Below are positions 25,364-37,618 of a DNA stretch of 64,000 nt, piece by piece. The DNA is from Isurus oxyrinchus (lineage: Eukaryota). Under the pieces are notes generated by a model. That model worked only from the letters and a program-made list of their open reading frames with translations, searched no databases and was not told where the DNA came from. The stretch covers positions 992,001 to 1,056,000 of the forward strand of contig JANJGN010000052.1 in assembly GCA_026770705.1 (NCBI GenBank), given 5' to 3'. The translations under genes were made by a program, and so were the position numbers. Position 1 is the stretch's first letter, and every line of letters starts with the position of its first letter.

Positions 25364-25468
25364 CTGATTCCTCAAAGCCCAACCACGCTCACAGTTTTCA
25401 TAAACAGGACCTCGATATTCATCAACACGGTGGTTCGATTTGATTCCTGCTTTCCCCTTGCCTCTCTT
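25364..25468 (-). CDS. Gene B cytoplasmic exon 2 (VYEN motif)
   Basis: tctctattacag| and CAG|gtgagt; 105 nt, phase 0-0; KRGKGKAGIKSNHRVDEYRGPVYENCERGWALRNQ. Confidence 0.7.
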
Positions 25469-25980
25469 CTGTAATAGAGATGGAAATGGACAGAGTGACA
25501 ATCAACATGATGTGTATTCGGTGTTGGGTTTGATTATTGGGGAGAGAGTTCCAGATTTCCACTCCCCTTTGTGTGAAGAAGTGCTTCCTGACATCACCCC
25601 TGAACGGCCTGGCTCCAATCTGAAGTTCCAGCCCCCTTGTTCTGGACTCCACCCGACCCCCACCACCCACCCCCACCCGAGGGAATAGCTTCTCTCTATC
25701 GACCCTATCGAGTGTTTAATCAGTTTGAACCCCTGAGTTACATCACTCCTTTAATCTTCTAGACCTGAGGGAATATAATCGTAGACTGTGTGTAACCTGT
25801 CTGCATAATTTAACCAGAAAGATGTTCTGTACAACAGACCTGAGCCTCACACCCAGATCTCAATAATCTGTAGAAATCTTTCAAAGGCATCAATCATTGG
25901 AATCTGTCTTTATAAAGTCACAACATTAACAAAGGACGGTGTTGGTGGTGGAAGTGAATTCCAATCGTTCCGTTACTTAC

Positions 25981-26065
25981 CCAGGACCTGTCCGACTGCT
26001 CGCCTGGGGAGGAACTGCCCATACGCTCTGCTTGGGCTGAATGACCTCTTCCTGTGCTGCTCCCT
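25981..26065 (-). CDS. Gene B cytoplasmic exon 1
   Basis: acacacag| and CTGG|gtaagt; 85 nt, phase 2-0, which exactly bridges the TM exon and the next exon; GSSTGRGHSAQAERMGSSSPGEQSDRSW. Confidence 0.72.
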
Positions 26066-26717
26066 CTGTGTGTTTAATGAGAAAGGGTTGATGTGTCTCT
26101 GTGAATCAAATCAGGAATTGGGGAACAATTGTGAAAACCCTTTCATTGAAACGTAGGGCCTTAGTGTTGTGTTGTAAGCAAACTGTTAACCCTTTGTGTC
26201 CTGACTCTGTGTCGTGATTCCTGTGTAAAGCTGAGCAGTCGTTGAGCGAGTTTCAATTCACTGCTCAATCCAGCTGTTGAGGTGGATCTTCTGAAGGAGC
26301 AGATGTTGCTCAGCGCTCCTTAAAAATGTGAGAGACTGAACAACGTGTAGGAGGATGAGAGAGAGAATGAGAAGGAGAGCATTAGTGGAGATAAGAGAGA
26401 GTGAATGAAACATGGAAAGAGGAAAGAGATTGCATTCACTAACAAAAGAAAGGTTTTCATTTATATAGCTCCTTTCACATCCTCAGTAGGTCACAAGGTA
26501 TCTTATGGTCCGGGTCAACACTGCCAGTTACAGGACTGAGTTGTGAAACAGTGAGTGTTGGATGAGATGTTAAACAGTAGGTGAACATCAAAACTCTTCA
26601 GGGGCTGTGAAGGGTTTTGGGTTGTGAAAGGTGCTATAGAAATGCAAGTTCTTTCTATAAGGAGAGAAGTTTGAAGAAAACATTTTCAAAAACAACCAAT
26701 TAAACCTTCACACTTAC

Positions 26718-26814
26718 TTTCTCACACACTTGAAGATGAAGAATCCACTCAGTCCAACACTCAAACAGATTCCAGCTCCAAGCAATCCTGCTTTCCATTC
26801 ATTGGAATCTCGCC
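26718..26814 (-). CDS. Gene B transmembrane exon
   Basis: gattttacag| and GAAA|gtaagt; phase 1-2; (W)RDSNEWKAGLLGAGICLSVGLSGFFIFKCVRK, a 20-aa hydrophobic run followed by basic residues. Not shown in this frame by the ORF track. Confidence 0.85.
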
Positions 26815-27139
26815 CTGTAAAATCAGCCAATGAATGACTCCGGTACAGTTTGAGAATGGTTCCCTATGTACATGTAGTAATTCTGAACTTGTGAAGTGAT
26901 ATTGTCTATGCATGAAAGGTCTATACAAATAACATTTATCTATGTAATATTTATTGATAATATCCATATACATGCAGGTTTCTATAAGGAGGATTCACAT
27001 ATAACAGAGGTGCCAAGCTGCTGAGGTGACACACAGGACTACATACACACCAAACAGCGGAAACATCATGCTATAGACAGAGCAAAGCGATCCCACAACC
27101 AACGGGTCAGATCTAAGCTCTGCAGTCCTGCCACATCCA

Positions 27140-28040
27140 GTCATGAATGGTGATGGACAACTAAAGATCTAACAGGAGGAGGATGTTCCACAAATATCCC
27201 CATCCTTAATGATGGGGGAGCTCAGCACATCAGTGCAAACGACAAGGCTGAAGCATTGGCAACCATGTTCAGCCAGAAGTGCTGAGTGGATGATCCATCT
27301 CGGCCTCCTCCAGAGGGTCCGAGCATCACAGATGTCAGCTTTCAGACAATTCGATTGACTCCACGTGACATCAGGAATCAGCTGATGATACTGGATACAG
27401 CAAAGGCTATTGGCCCTGGCAACAACCCGGCAACAGGAAATAATGTGGCTACAAGAGCGGGTAAGAGGCTGGGAACTCTGCAGTGAGTAACTCACCTCCT
27501 GACTCCCCAAAGCCTGTCCACCATCGACAAGGCACAAGTCAGGAGTGTGATGGAATAATCTCCAAATTCCTGAATAAGTGCAGCTCCAACAACACTCAAG
27601 AAGCTCGACACCATCCAGGAGCAGCTTGTTTGATCGACAGCCCATCCACCAGCATAAACATTCATACCCTCCACCACTGGCACACAATGGCAGCAGTGTG
27701 CACCATCTACAAGATGCACTGCAGCAACACACCAAGGCTCCTTCGACAGCACCTTCCAAACCCTTAACCTCTTCCACCAAGACAGTTCCAAGTCAGTGTG
27801 GTGTGTGACTTGGAGGTGAACTTGAGGTGTTGATCTTCTATGAGACTTGGAACTATATCGGCCGTTCCTTCACCGTTGCTGGGTCAAAATCCTGGAACTC
27901 CCTCCCTAACAGCACTGTGGGTGTGCCTACACCACATGGACTGCAGTGGTTAAAGAAGGCAGCTCACCACCACCTTCTCAAGGGGCAGTTACAGATGGGC
28001 AATAATTTCTGGCCTTGTCAACAATGCCCACATCCCATGA
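27140..28040 (+). mobile_element. Non-LTR retrotransposon fragment (inverted copy ~54125-55040)
   Basis: Same family as 46687-47750 (VATRAGxRLG.., KAQVRSVME, TTLKKLDTIQ, GSKSWNSLP). Confidence 0.75.
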
Positions 28041-28078
28041 GCTAATAACAAGAGAACGTTCAACTCTGTGTAACTCAC

Positions 28079-28360
28079 ATTCCACAGTGATGGTTATGAA
28101 CCCCTGCACTGCTCCATGTTCATTCTCTGCCACACACTGATAGTCTCCCGTGTCCCTGGATGTAACGTGAGGAATCACCAACCGCAGCTCATTGTTGGAA
28201 CTTGTTCTGTTCATTGGGACATTAAGATGTCGCCACGTCAGGTTAGAAGCTGGGAAGCTCTCGACAGAGCAGATTATCACTGCAGAATTCCCCTCAATTA
28301 TATTGATCGATGAAGCGTTAATCAAATCAAGAGAAGTAAATGAGAGATTCTGTGGTGCGT
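28079..28360 (-). CDS. Gene B Ig C2 exon, copy 3
   Basis: 282 nt, canonical splice sites, near-identical to copies 1 and 2. Confidence 0.9.
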
Positions 28361-29263
28361 CTGAAAATAAATAAAGGTTTCATTGTGAGCAAACACAGTG
28401 CACAGCAAGACTCCAGGTATCATCTCTCTCCATCTGGTGTCTATGTGCATGTCAAGGCTTCTTTCTCCATTATAAGTTTCTATGTCACCATTTGTAACAG
28501 ACACTGCCAGTGTGTTCCTTTTTGCATATTCATGGGAAGTGGATGTATCTATCTAGACCAGCATTTATTACCCATCCCTAATTGCCCTTGAGGAGGTGGT
28601 GGTGAGTTTTTCACCTCCAGAGGATTCCCAGCCTCTGACCGGCTCCTGTAGCCACAGTATTTATGGCCGGTCCAGTTCGGTGTTTGGTTAACATCCCCCA
28701 GGATGTTGATTGTGGGGGATTCAGTGATAGTAAACTCACTGAACATCAAGGGGAGATGGTTAGATTCTCTCTTGTTGGACATGATCACTGCCTGGTGCTT
28801 GTGATGCATTAATTCTCATTTCTCAGCCCAAGCTGAGTGTTATTCAGCTCTTGCTGCATGTGGATATGTAAACTGTCACGCTGTAATTACAGCCTTCCAC
28901 CAGAGGAGACACTGTCAGGCTAGAAGAAAACAAAATGTCTTTCACATCATCAGGAGGTTCACAGGGATTTGACAGTGGAGGAATTGCTTTAGAATAATGG
29001 GGTATTGAGTGATAAACCTACAATTCTCTGTGCAGGTGACTGCTCGTCCAATACAGGGTCTTGTTCAGCTGATATTGTCAGTGTTTCAGAGCAGAATCTG
29101 CAGCAACACTCCAGTGCAGCACAGGGAGAACAGACAACTCACACATGTCTGTGTGTGTGTGAGCAAGCACACGTGTGATTCTGTATGTATGCTTCTGTGT
29201 GTGAGCATGCAGGCGTGCACACCTGTGCACATGTGGGATTGCACATGAATGCTTGTTTGTATG

Positions 29264-29308
<45 letters not shown>

Positions 29309-29343
29309 GTATGTGAGTGATGTTGAAGTTTGCTTTAACTCAC

Positions 29344-29625
29344 ATTCCACAGTGATGGTTATGAAACCCTCCACTGCTCCATGTTCATTCTCTGCCACAC
29401 ACTGATAGTCTCCAGTGTCCCTGGATGTAACGTGAGGAATCACCAACCACAGCTCATTGTTGGAACTTGTTCTGTTCATTGGGACATTAAGATGTCGCCA
29501 CGTCAGGTTAGAAGCTGGGAAGCTCTCGACAGAGCAGATTATCACTGCAGAATTCCCCTCAATTATATTGATCGATGAAGTGTTAATCATATCAAGAGAA
29601 GTAATTGAGAGATTCCGTGGTGCAT
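29344..29625 (-). CDS. Gene B Ig C2 exon, copy 2
   Basis: 282 nt, canonical splice sites, near-identical to copy 1. Confidence 0.9.
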
Positions 29626-30408
29626 CTGAAAACATATAAAGATTTCATTGTGAACAAGGCTCCACGCTTCATTTCTCTCTATCTGGTATCTGCTTTCATT
29701 TCAAGGTATCTTACCCATTATAAGTTACTATGTCAACATCTATAATGGTCACGGCTGGTGTGTTTCTTTAGGGACATTCATGGGAAGTGGGTGTCACTGG
29801 TTAGGCCAACATGTATTACCCATCCCTAATTGTCCTTGAGAAGCTGGTGGTGAGTTTTTCACCCCAACAGATTTCCCAGCTTCTGACCTGCTCCTAAAGC
29901 CACAGTTATTATGGCCGGTCCAGTTAGTTGTTTTGTTAACATCCTCCAGGATGTTGATGGTAGGGGATTCAGCAATGGTAAAGTGATTGAATATCAAGGG
30001 GAGATGGTTAGATTGCCTCTTGTTGGAGATGTTCACTGCCTGGTACTTGTGTGGCATGAACATTACTTGTCATTTCTCAGCCCAAGCTGAAAGTTGCTCA
30101 GCTCTTGCTGCATGTGGATATGTAAACTGTCACGCTGTAATTACAGTCTTCCACCAGAGGAGACACTGTCAGGCTAGAAGAAAAGAAAGTGAATATCACA
30201 TCATCAGGATGTTCACAGGGATTTGACAGTGGAGGAATTGCTTTAGAATAATGGCGTATTGAGTGATAAACCTACAATTCTTTGTGCAGGGGGCTGCTCG
30301 TCCAATACAGGGTCTTGTTCAGCTGATGTCGTCAGTGTTTCAGAGCAGAATCTGGATCAACACTCCAGTGCAGGACAGGGAGAACAGACAACTCACACAT
30401 GTCTGTGT

Positions 30409-31651
30409 CAAAAAAAAAATAGCTGGAAAAACTCAGCAGCTCTGGCTGCATCTGCAGAGAGGAACTCAGTTAACGTTTCGAGTCCGTATGACTCATCAAC
30501 AGAACGAAGGAAAAATGGAAAAGAGGTGAAATGTAAGCTGGTTTAAGGGGGAGGGGAGTTGGACAGGTAGAACTGCATAGAGGGCCAGTGATAGGTGGAG
30601 ATTTCCAAAAGATGTCATAGACAAACGGACAAAGAGGTGTTGACGTTGGTGATATGAGTTAAGAAATGTACTAATTGTGAGATGAAGGGTAGAAAGCTGG
30701 ACGAGCAAGTGACAGATAGCCCTAGTGCGGTGGGGTAGGGGGAAGGGATTGAAGAAGGTTAAAAGGTAAAACAAGGGATGTAATTAAATTTAAAAATAAG
30801 AATAGAAATGGCTGGGAAAAGAAAAATATATTTTAAAAATCTGTAACTTATTAGAAAAAATTGAATCGGAAAGAGGGTGGGGATGGAGGAGGGAGTTCAT
30901 GATCTAAAGTTGTTGAACTCAATATTCAGTCCGGAAGTCTGTAAAGTGCCTGTTCGGAAGATGAGGTGCTGTTCCTCCAGTTTGTGTTGGGCTTCACTGG
31001 AACAATGCAGCAGGCCAAGGACGGACATGTGGGCATGAGAGCAGGGTGGGGTGTTAAAATGGCAAGCGACAGGGAGGTCTGGGTCATGCTTGTGGACAGA
31101 CCGAAGGTGTTCATCAGAGCGATCACCCAGTCTGTGTTTGGTCTGTCCCATGTACAGGAGACCACATTGGGAGCAGTGAATGCAGTAGATTAAATTGAGG
31201 GAAGTGCAAGTGAAATGCTGCTTCACCTGGAAGGAGTGTTTGGGCCCTTGGACGGTGAGGAGGGGGGAAGTAAAGGGGCAGGTGTTGCACCTTCTACAAT
31301 TACATGGGAAGATGCTATAGGGGGGTGTTGAGGTGATGGGGGTGAGGGAGGAGTGGACCAGGGTTTCCTGGAAGGAATGGTCCCTATGGAATGCCGACAG
31401 GGGGGGTGAAGGGAAGATGTGGTTGGTGGTGGCATCATGCTGGAGTTGGCAGAAATGGCGGAGGATGATCCTTTGAACGCGGAGGCTGGTGGGGTGAAAA
31501 GTGACGACAAAGGGGACCCTACCATGGTTCTGGGAGGGAGAAGAAGGTGTGAGGGCAGATGCGTGGGAGATGGGCCGGACACGGGTGAGGGCCCTGTCGG
31601 TTAAGGAAGAAGGAAGACATGTCAGAAGAATGATTATCAGTTTTGTGACAG
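30409..31651 (-). mobile_element. Penelope-like insertion in a gene B intron
   Basis: RVPFVVTFHP..CRRCNTC..FTCTSLNLIYCIHCSQCGLLYMGQT (GIY-YIG); atgtctgtgt repeated on both flanks. Confidence 0.85.
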
Positions 31652-31779
31652 ATGTCTGTGTGTGAGCACGCACCAGTGTGAATCTGTGTATGTACGCTTC
31701 TGTGTGTGAGCATGCCGGTGTGCACACGTGTACACATGTGGGCTTGTACATGAATGCTTGTTTGTGGGCACGTGTATGT

Positions 31780-31947
31780 NNNNNNNNNNNNNNNNNNNNN
31801 NNNNNNNNNNNNNNNNNNNNNNNNNNNNNNNNNNNNNNNNNNNNNNNNNNNNNNNNNNNNNNNNNNNNNNNNNNNNNNNNNNNNNNNNNNNNNNNNNNNN
31901 NNNNNNNNNNNNNNNNNNNNNNNNNNNNNNNNNNNNNNNNNNNNNNN
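31780..31947. other. Assembly gap (N); others at 51886-52178 and 53734-53877
   Basis: Runs of n. Confidence 1.
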
Positions 31948-31958
31948 TGTACACTCAC

Positions 31959-32240
31959 ATTCCACAGTGATGGTTATGAACCCCTCCACTGCTCCATGTT
32001 CATTCTCTGCCACACACTGATAGTCTCCAGTGTCCCTGGATGTAACGTGAGGAATCACCAACCACAGCTCATTGTTGGAACTTGTTCTGTTCATTGGGAC
32101 ATTAAGATGTCGCCACGTCAGGTTAGAAGCTGGGAAGCTCTCGACAGAGCAGATTATCACTGCAGAATTCCCCTCAATTATATTGATCGATGAAGCATTA
32201 ATCATATCAAGAGAAGTAATTGAGAGATTCTGTGGTGCAT
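31959..32240 (-). CDS. Gene B Ig C2 exon, copy 1
   Basis: 282 nt, phase 1-1; APQNLSI...ICSVESFPASNLTW...DTGDYQCVAENEHG. Confidence 0.9.
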
Positions 32241-32919
32241 CTAAAAACAAATAAAGATCAGTTACTTACTCTGACTGTGAAGCACTTTGAGAGACCCTGA
32301 GAATGTGAAAGGTGTGATATCAATGGTGGTTCCATCACCACAAAGCACGTTATCGAGGCAGACGCTTCAGTCCTGTACTAAGGGAGTGATGAACATTTGG
32401 AGGGTCAGTTCTGAGGGAGTGCTGCACTGTCAGAGGGTCAGTACTGATATTGTGCTGCACTGTTGGAGGGTCAGTACTGAAGGAGCGCTGTGCTGTCAGA
32501 GGGTCAGTGCTGAGGGAGTGCTGCACTGTCAGAGGGTCAGTACTGAGGGAGTGCTGCACAGTCAGAGGGTCAGTACTGAGGGAGTACCACGGTTTCAGAG
32601 GTTCAGGACTGAGGGAGTGCTGCACTGTCGGAGGGTCAGTACTGAGGGAGTGCTGCACAGTCAGAGGGTCAGTACTGAGGGAGTGCTGCACAGTCAGAGG
32701 TTCAGTATAGAGGGAGTGTTGCACATTCGGAGAATCAATATTGAGGGAGTGCTGCAGCGTCAGAGAATCAGTATTGAGGGACTGCTGCAGTGTCAGAATT
32801 GAATTTCTATCAGTTAAAGACTACTGACTTGTTGTTAAGCACAGTGCAGTTGTGGGATCTTGTTGTGTATGATGTTAGGCCTTTCAAGATAATGTAGAAT
32901 GAAGGAAGTCCGTTCTTAC

Positions 32920-33216
32920 CTTGCACAGTTAGTATGAGGGTCCGCTCCGATGAAACAGATGGATATCTCACTCTGCAGCTGAGAGTGTGTCCGTGGTGTT
33001 TGAGTGATGGGATCAGGGTCAGAACAGAAGTATAGGTCAGAGTGACACCATGCTGAGTTACAGTGTTTGAGACTGATCCACGTACGTCAGTGGGAGTGTC
33101 CCAGGTTAAGACAGGTGCTGCTGTTCCATTGCACGTTGTGTTGAAGGTGCAGCTTACATCCACAGGCTTTCCTGCAATAATTTCAGCAGGGAATATCGTG
33201 GGTTTATCTGTGAAAT
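32920..33216 (-). CDS. Gene B Ig C2-type exon (Siglec domain-2-like)
   Basis: ctgttag| and CAAG|gtaag; 297 nt; DFTDKPTIFPAEIIAGKPVDVSCTFNTTCNG...LTW...LSCRV, with the extra Cys typical of Siglec domain 2. Confidence 0.9.
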
Positions 33217-33944
33217 CTAACAGACAGAGAAGGGATCCTTTTAGAAAAATATAACGTGAAGCATCAGTTCAAATAGAAGTCACAGTCCCACAAGAGAAAG
33301 CACTTTTACAAGGATGATATCAGATCTGAGAGATTACAATGATCAGGAGAGAATTTCCTGCTTTGAGACTTTGGTGTTTCTGTCTCTCAGCTTAATACAC
33401 GTTCACTCCGAGACACTTGAACTGATAATAGTGGGTGAGGGTGAAGGAGCAGACCAGAGTTTGGAGTGCACTACCCCATCACTCACTCAGCGATCTGGGC
33501 CATTTATTACTTTGCAATTTGTGGGAGCTTGCTGTGCGCAAATTGGCTGCTGTGTTTCTCACATTACAACAGTAACTACAATTCAGGAATCAGCTCATTG
33601 GCTGTGAAGTGATTTGTTCCATGCTGAGGTGGTGAACGGTGCTACAGAAATGTGAATATTTCTTCTGTCGATATGTCAGACTTCGAGACAGGATTAGAGA
33701 GATCGATGGGAGTGGATAACCTGATAATATTGATAGACACAGTCAACACATTTAATCATTGATATTAAAGTGAGTATTAGACATTGCTTTAGGACTGAAC
33801 TGGAATCTATCACCCGGTTATTGAGAATCAGACAGTCTGTTATAATAAACTGTGTTTTGTGTTAATATGTAAACGTCACAGATTGTGTTATTTCCCATTG
33901 AGTGTTGAATGTGAATTGTTGAGTAATTATAACACAGCACTTAC

Positions 33945-34313
33945 CAGAAACATGAAGCTGGGTTACAGGGTAATAGTTATGGCTCGGACCATTGTCAAAT
34001 TCTATTCTGAAAAAATAAGGTCCTTCATCTTCCCGTATGATGTTGTTTATAATCAGGGAACAGTCGCCATCTTTCAGGTCTCCAGACAGCCGGGTCCGAT
34101 GGTGGAACCGTGGTAACTCGTGACTGTGATCCTTGGAGTGAAAGGCAATGGGAGCCCAGGGAATCTGTTCCTCATTATTAAACCAGACTCCACCTCGCAG
34201 TTGGTTTTCCAGACACGATGGATAACTGTAATGACATGGAATCTGTACACACGAACCTTCCTGCGCAGTCACCTCTCGTGGATTGTCACCTTTCCACTCT
34301 TGTGAGGGTTCAA
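33945..34313 (-). CDS. Gene B V-set exon V2; open frame but acceptor mutated AG>GG
   Basis: Near copy of 146-514; acceptor reads tctccccgg| at 34314-34315; donor intact. Possibly skipped or spliced at a cryptic site. Confidence 0.65.
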
Positions 34314-37300
34314 CCGGGGAGAGAAATCTCAATATTTAACTCTGGATGGTTTGTGGATCCACTAGACTCAAATTTACAGATGAGGCTGAATTGGGGGGAT
34401 GGTCAATACTGAGGAGAATGGCAACAAATTATTTTGGCAGGAAGAATAGAAAAACAGGATATTATTTAAATGGAGACAGGCTGCAGAATGCAGTACAGAG
34501 GGATCTGGGTGTCCTTGTACATGAATCACAGAAAGTCAGCTTTCAGGAACACCACGGAATGAGGAAGGCAAGTGGAATGTTGGCCTTTATTGCAAAGGGA
34601 TGGAGTATAAAAGGAGGGAAGTCTTGCAACAGCTGCACAGGGTGAGATTGTATCAGGAGCAGTGTGTACAGTTCTGGTCTCCTTACTTAGGGAGGGATAG
34701 ACTCTGCATTGAAGGCAGTTCAGAGGAGGTTCACTGGGCTGATTCCTGGGATTAAAGGGTTTGTCCTGTGAGGAAATGTTGAGCAGGTTGGGCCTGTATC
34801 CATTGGAGTTTAGAAGAATGAGGGGTGACCTTATTGAAACATATCCGATTCCGAGGGGGCTTGACAGGGTGGATGCTGGGAGGATGTTTCCCCCTTGTGG
34901 GGGAATCTAGAACCAGGGAGCACAGTTTCGGAATGAGGGCTCCCCATTTAAGACTGAGATGAGGAGGAATTTCCTCTCTCAGAGGGGCGCTAGCCTGTGG
35001 AATTCTCTTCCCCAGAGAGCAGTGGAGGCTGGGCCATTGAATAGACTCAAGGCTGAGTGAGGCAGGTTTTTGATCGACAAGGGAGTCAAGGGTTTGGGGG
35101 ACAGGCAGGAAAATGGAGTTAAGGCCACAACCAGATCAGTGAGAGTAGGCTCGAGGGGCCGAATGACCTGCTCCTGTCCCTATTTCTTATGTTCCTACAT
35201 TCTTACCTTCTTAAAATATTAAAGCTGCAGAATAAACATGCAAGTGACTGACCCGCTCGACCCACCTTCCATCTGGGGGTCCCATGGGGAGGACCCTTCC
35301 TGAGCCAGATCCACCAGCCAACATGGTCTGGATCCGAGCACAGGAGACACGGCGGGGAGTGATTAACAGGCTCCTTGTGACAGGCCCCGTCTGTCCAATG
35401 GCTGGCTTTCAGCTGCCAAGTCCAGAGTGGTCCTTGCTAAAACCGGCTCAGGACAGGCCAGGACCCCTGTGCAGACCCCCTCCAGCGCTGCAGCCTCTGT
35501 ACAAACCCCTCATGCGCTTGTGGAGAGACACAAACAAGGCTGCACATTACCGAGGAGAATCCCCTCTACGGACTAAGGGGCTGACTCATCACCTTAAACT
35601 CAGCAAATGAGGAGGCTCTCGCTCGGTATCGGGGCTTGGCATTGGCTCAATAAAAATAATCAAATGACATTTTGGTCAGAAATCTAAGGAGGTTGTACAT
35701 TCCCTCAAAAATAAGACTCAATCTGGGGTCGAGGGCCAAAGGGCAACAACTTATATTTACACAACAACTTGAACATGACAAATCACTCCAAGGTGCTACA
35801 CAGGAGCGTCATAAAACAAAATATGTCACCCAGACACATGTGGAGATATTAGCGACAGCTGGCCAGAAGAGGTCGGTGTTATGGAGAATCTTAAAAGGGG
35901 GATGAAATGGATAGTGAGAGAGAGACAGAGTGATAGAGAGAGTGAGAGAGAGGCACGGAGAGGGGTTGAGGGAGGGTATTACAGAGCTCGGGTCCCAGGC
36001 AGCTGAAGGCATGGCCGCCGATGTTGGAGTGATGGGATCGGGGGATGGTCAAGAGGCTGGAATTGGAGGAGAGCAGAGACCTCAGAGGGTTGGAGGGGCT
36101 GGAGGAGGTTACAGAGAGAAGGAAGGTTGTAGTGATTTGAGGAGTTACAGAGATAGGGAGGGTTGTAGGGGCTGGAAAATTTAAGAGAGATTGGGAGAGT
36201 GTAGGGTATGGAGGAGTTTGCAGAGCTAGCGAGGTTTGTAGTGGCTGGAGGAGGTTGCAGAGATTGGTAGGTTTGTTGGGCAGGATGATTTTACAGATAT
36301 AGGGAAGCGGTAGAGGCTTGAAGAGGTAACAGAGATAGGAATGGTTGTAGGTACTGGAGGAGGACGAGGAGATTACAGAGATAGTGAGGAAACAAAGATG
36401 AAAATTTGGACATTGAGACTTTGCTTGACCAGGAGCCAGTCTCGGTCATCGAGCAGAGCGGGTGATAAGGGAACAGGACTTGGTGTGAGTAAGGACGTGG
36501 TCAGCAGTTTTGGATGGCCTCAAGTTTATGGAGTGTAGAGCGTGTGTTGGAACAGTCGAGTCTGGAGGTAATGAAGGCGTGGATGAGGGTTTCAGCAGCA
36601 GATGAGCTGAGACAGGGTGATGTCGTGCGATGTTACGGAGGTGGAAATAGACGGTGTTAGTGAGGGCGCAGATATGAGGCCGGAAGCTCATCTCAGGATC
36701 AAATGGGACAACAAAGCTGTGAACAGATTGGCTTCAATCTCAGAGAGCTGCCAGGGAGAGGAATGGAGTTGGTAGCGAGGGAACAGAGTTTGGAGCGGGG
36801 AATGAAGACAATGGCTTCAGTCTTTCCAATATTTAATTGGAGGGAATTTCTGCCCATCCAGTACTGGATGTCGGATAAGCAGCCTGATAATTTAGCAGCA
36901 GTGGAGGAGTCGAGAGAGGTGGTGGTGAGGTAGAGCTGGGGATCCTCAGTGGACAGGTGAAAACTAACACTGTTCAGATGATGCTGCAAAGCCATTGCAA
37001 GTGATTCTCTGGCTACGATGAGATGGATAAGAATGGAGCCAGGGGAGAGCAGTCCCACCCAGCTGGACCACAGTGGAGAGGTGTTGGAGGAGGATGGTGT
37101 GGTCGAGCGTGTCAAAGGCTGCAGACAGATCGAGAAGGACGAGGAGGGAAAGTTGACCTTTGTCACAGTCACACAGGATGCCATTTGTGACCTTGATAAG
37201 AGCTGTTTCAGCACAGTGGCTGGGGTGGGAACCTGATTGGAGGGATTCAAACATGGAGTTCCGGGAAAGATGGGAACGGATTCGGGAGATGGAAACACGT

Positions 37301-37618
37301 TCAAGGACTTTGGAGAGGAATGAGAGGCTGGAGATGGGACGGGGGTTTACACGGACAGTGTGAGGGGTGGAAGGTGTAGTGGGGAGGAGACACTTCACTC
37401 AGGGGGGAGGTGTCATCACCCCTCAGCTCGGTTTATGTTACAGCTATGATGTGGATTCAATCACACACAATAATCTAATGGATCTGGGAGCAGAAATAGA
37501 CAAATCATTAAAAATAGTGACGCTGGTTAACACGGCCAAAAAACAAGCAAATCAAACACTATTATTTCCCATTGAGTGTTGGATGTGAATTGTTGAGTAA
37601 TTATAACACAGCACTTAC

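Noticed and set aside
26718-26814. Lys in EWKAGLL as an adaptor-binding TM charge
   Set aside because: It lies at the extracellular boundary before a 20-residue uncharged span; probably interfacial.
30897-31958. 353-aa ORF
   Set aside because: Artefact of an N gap fused to a truncated Penelope fragment.
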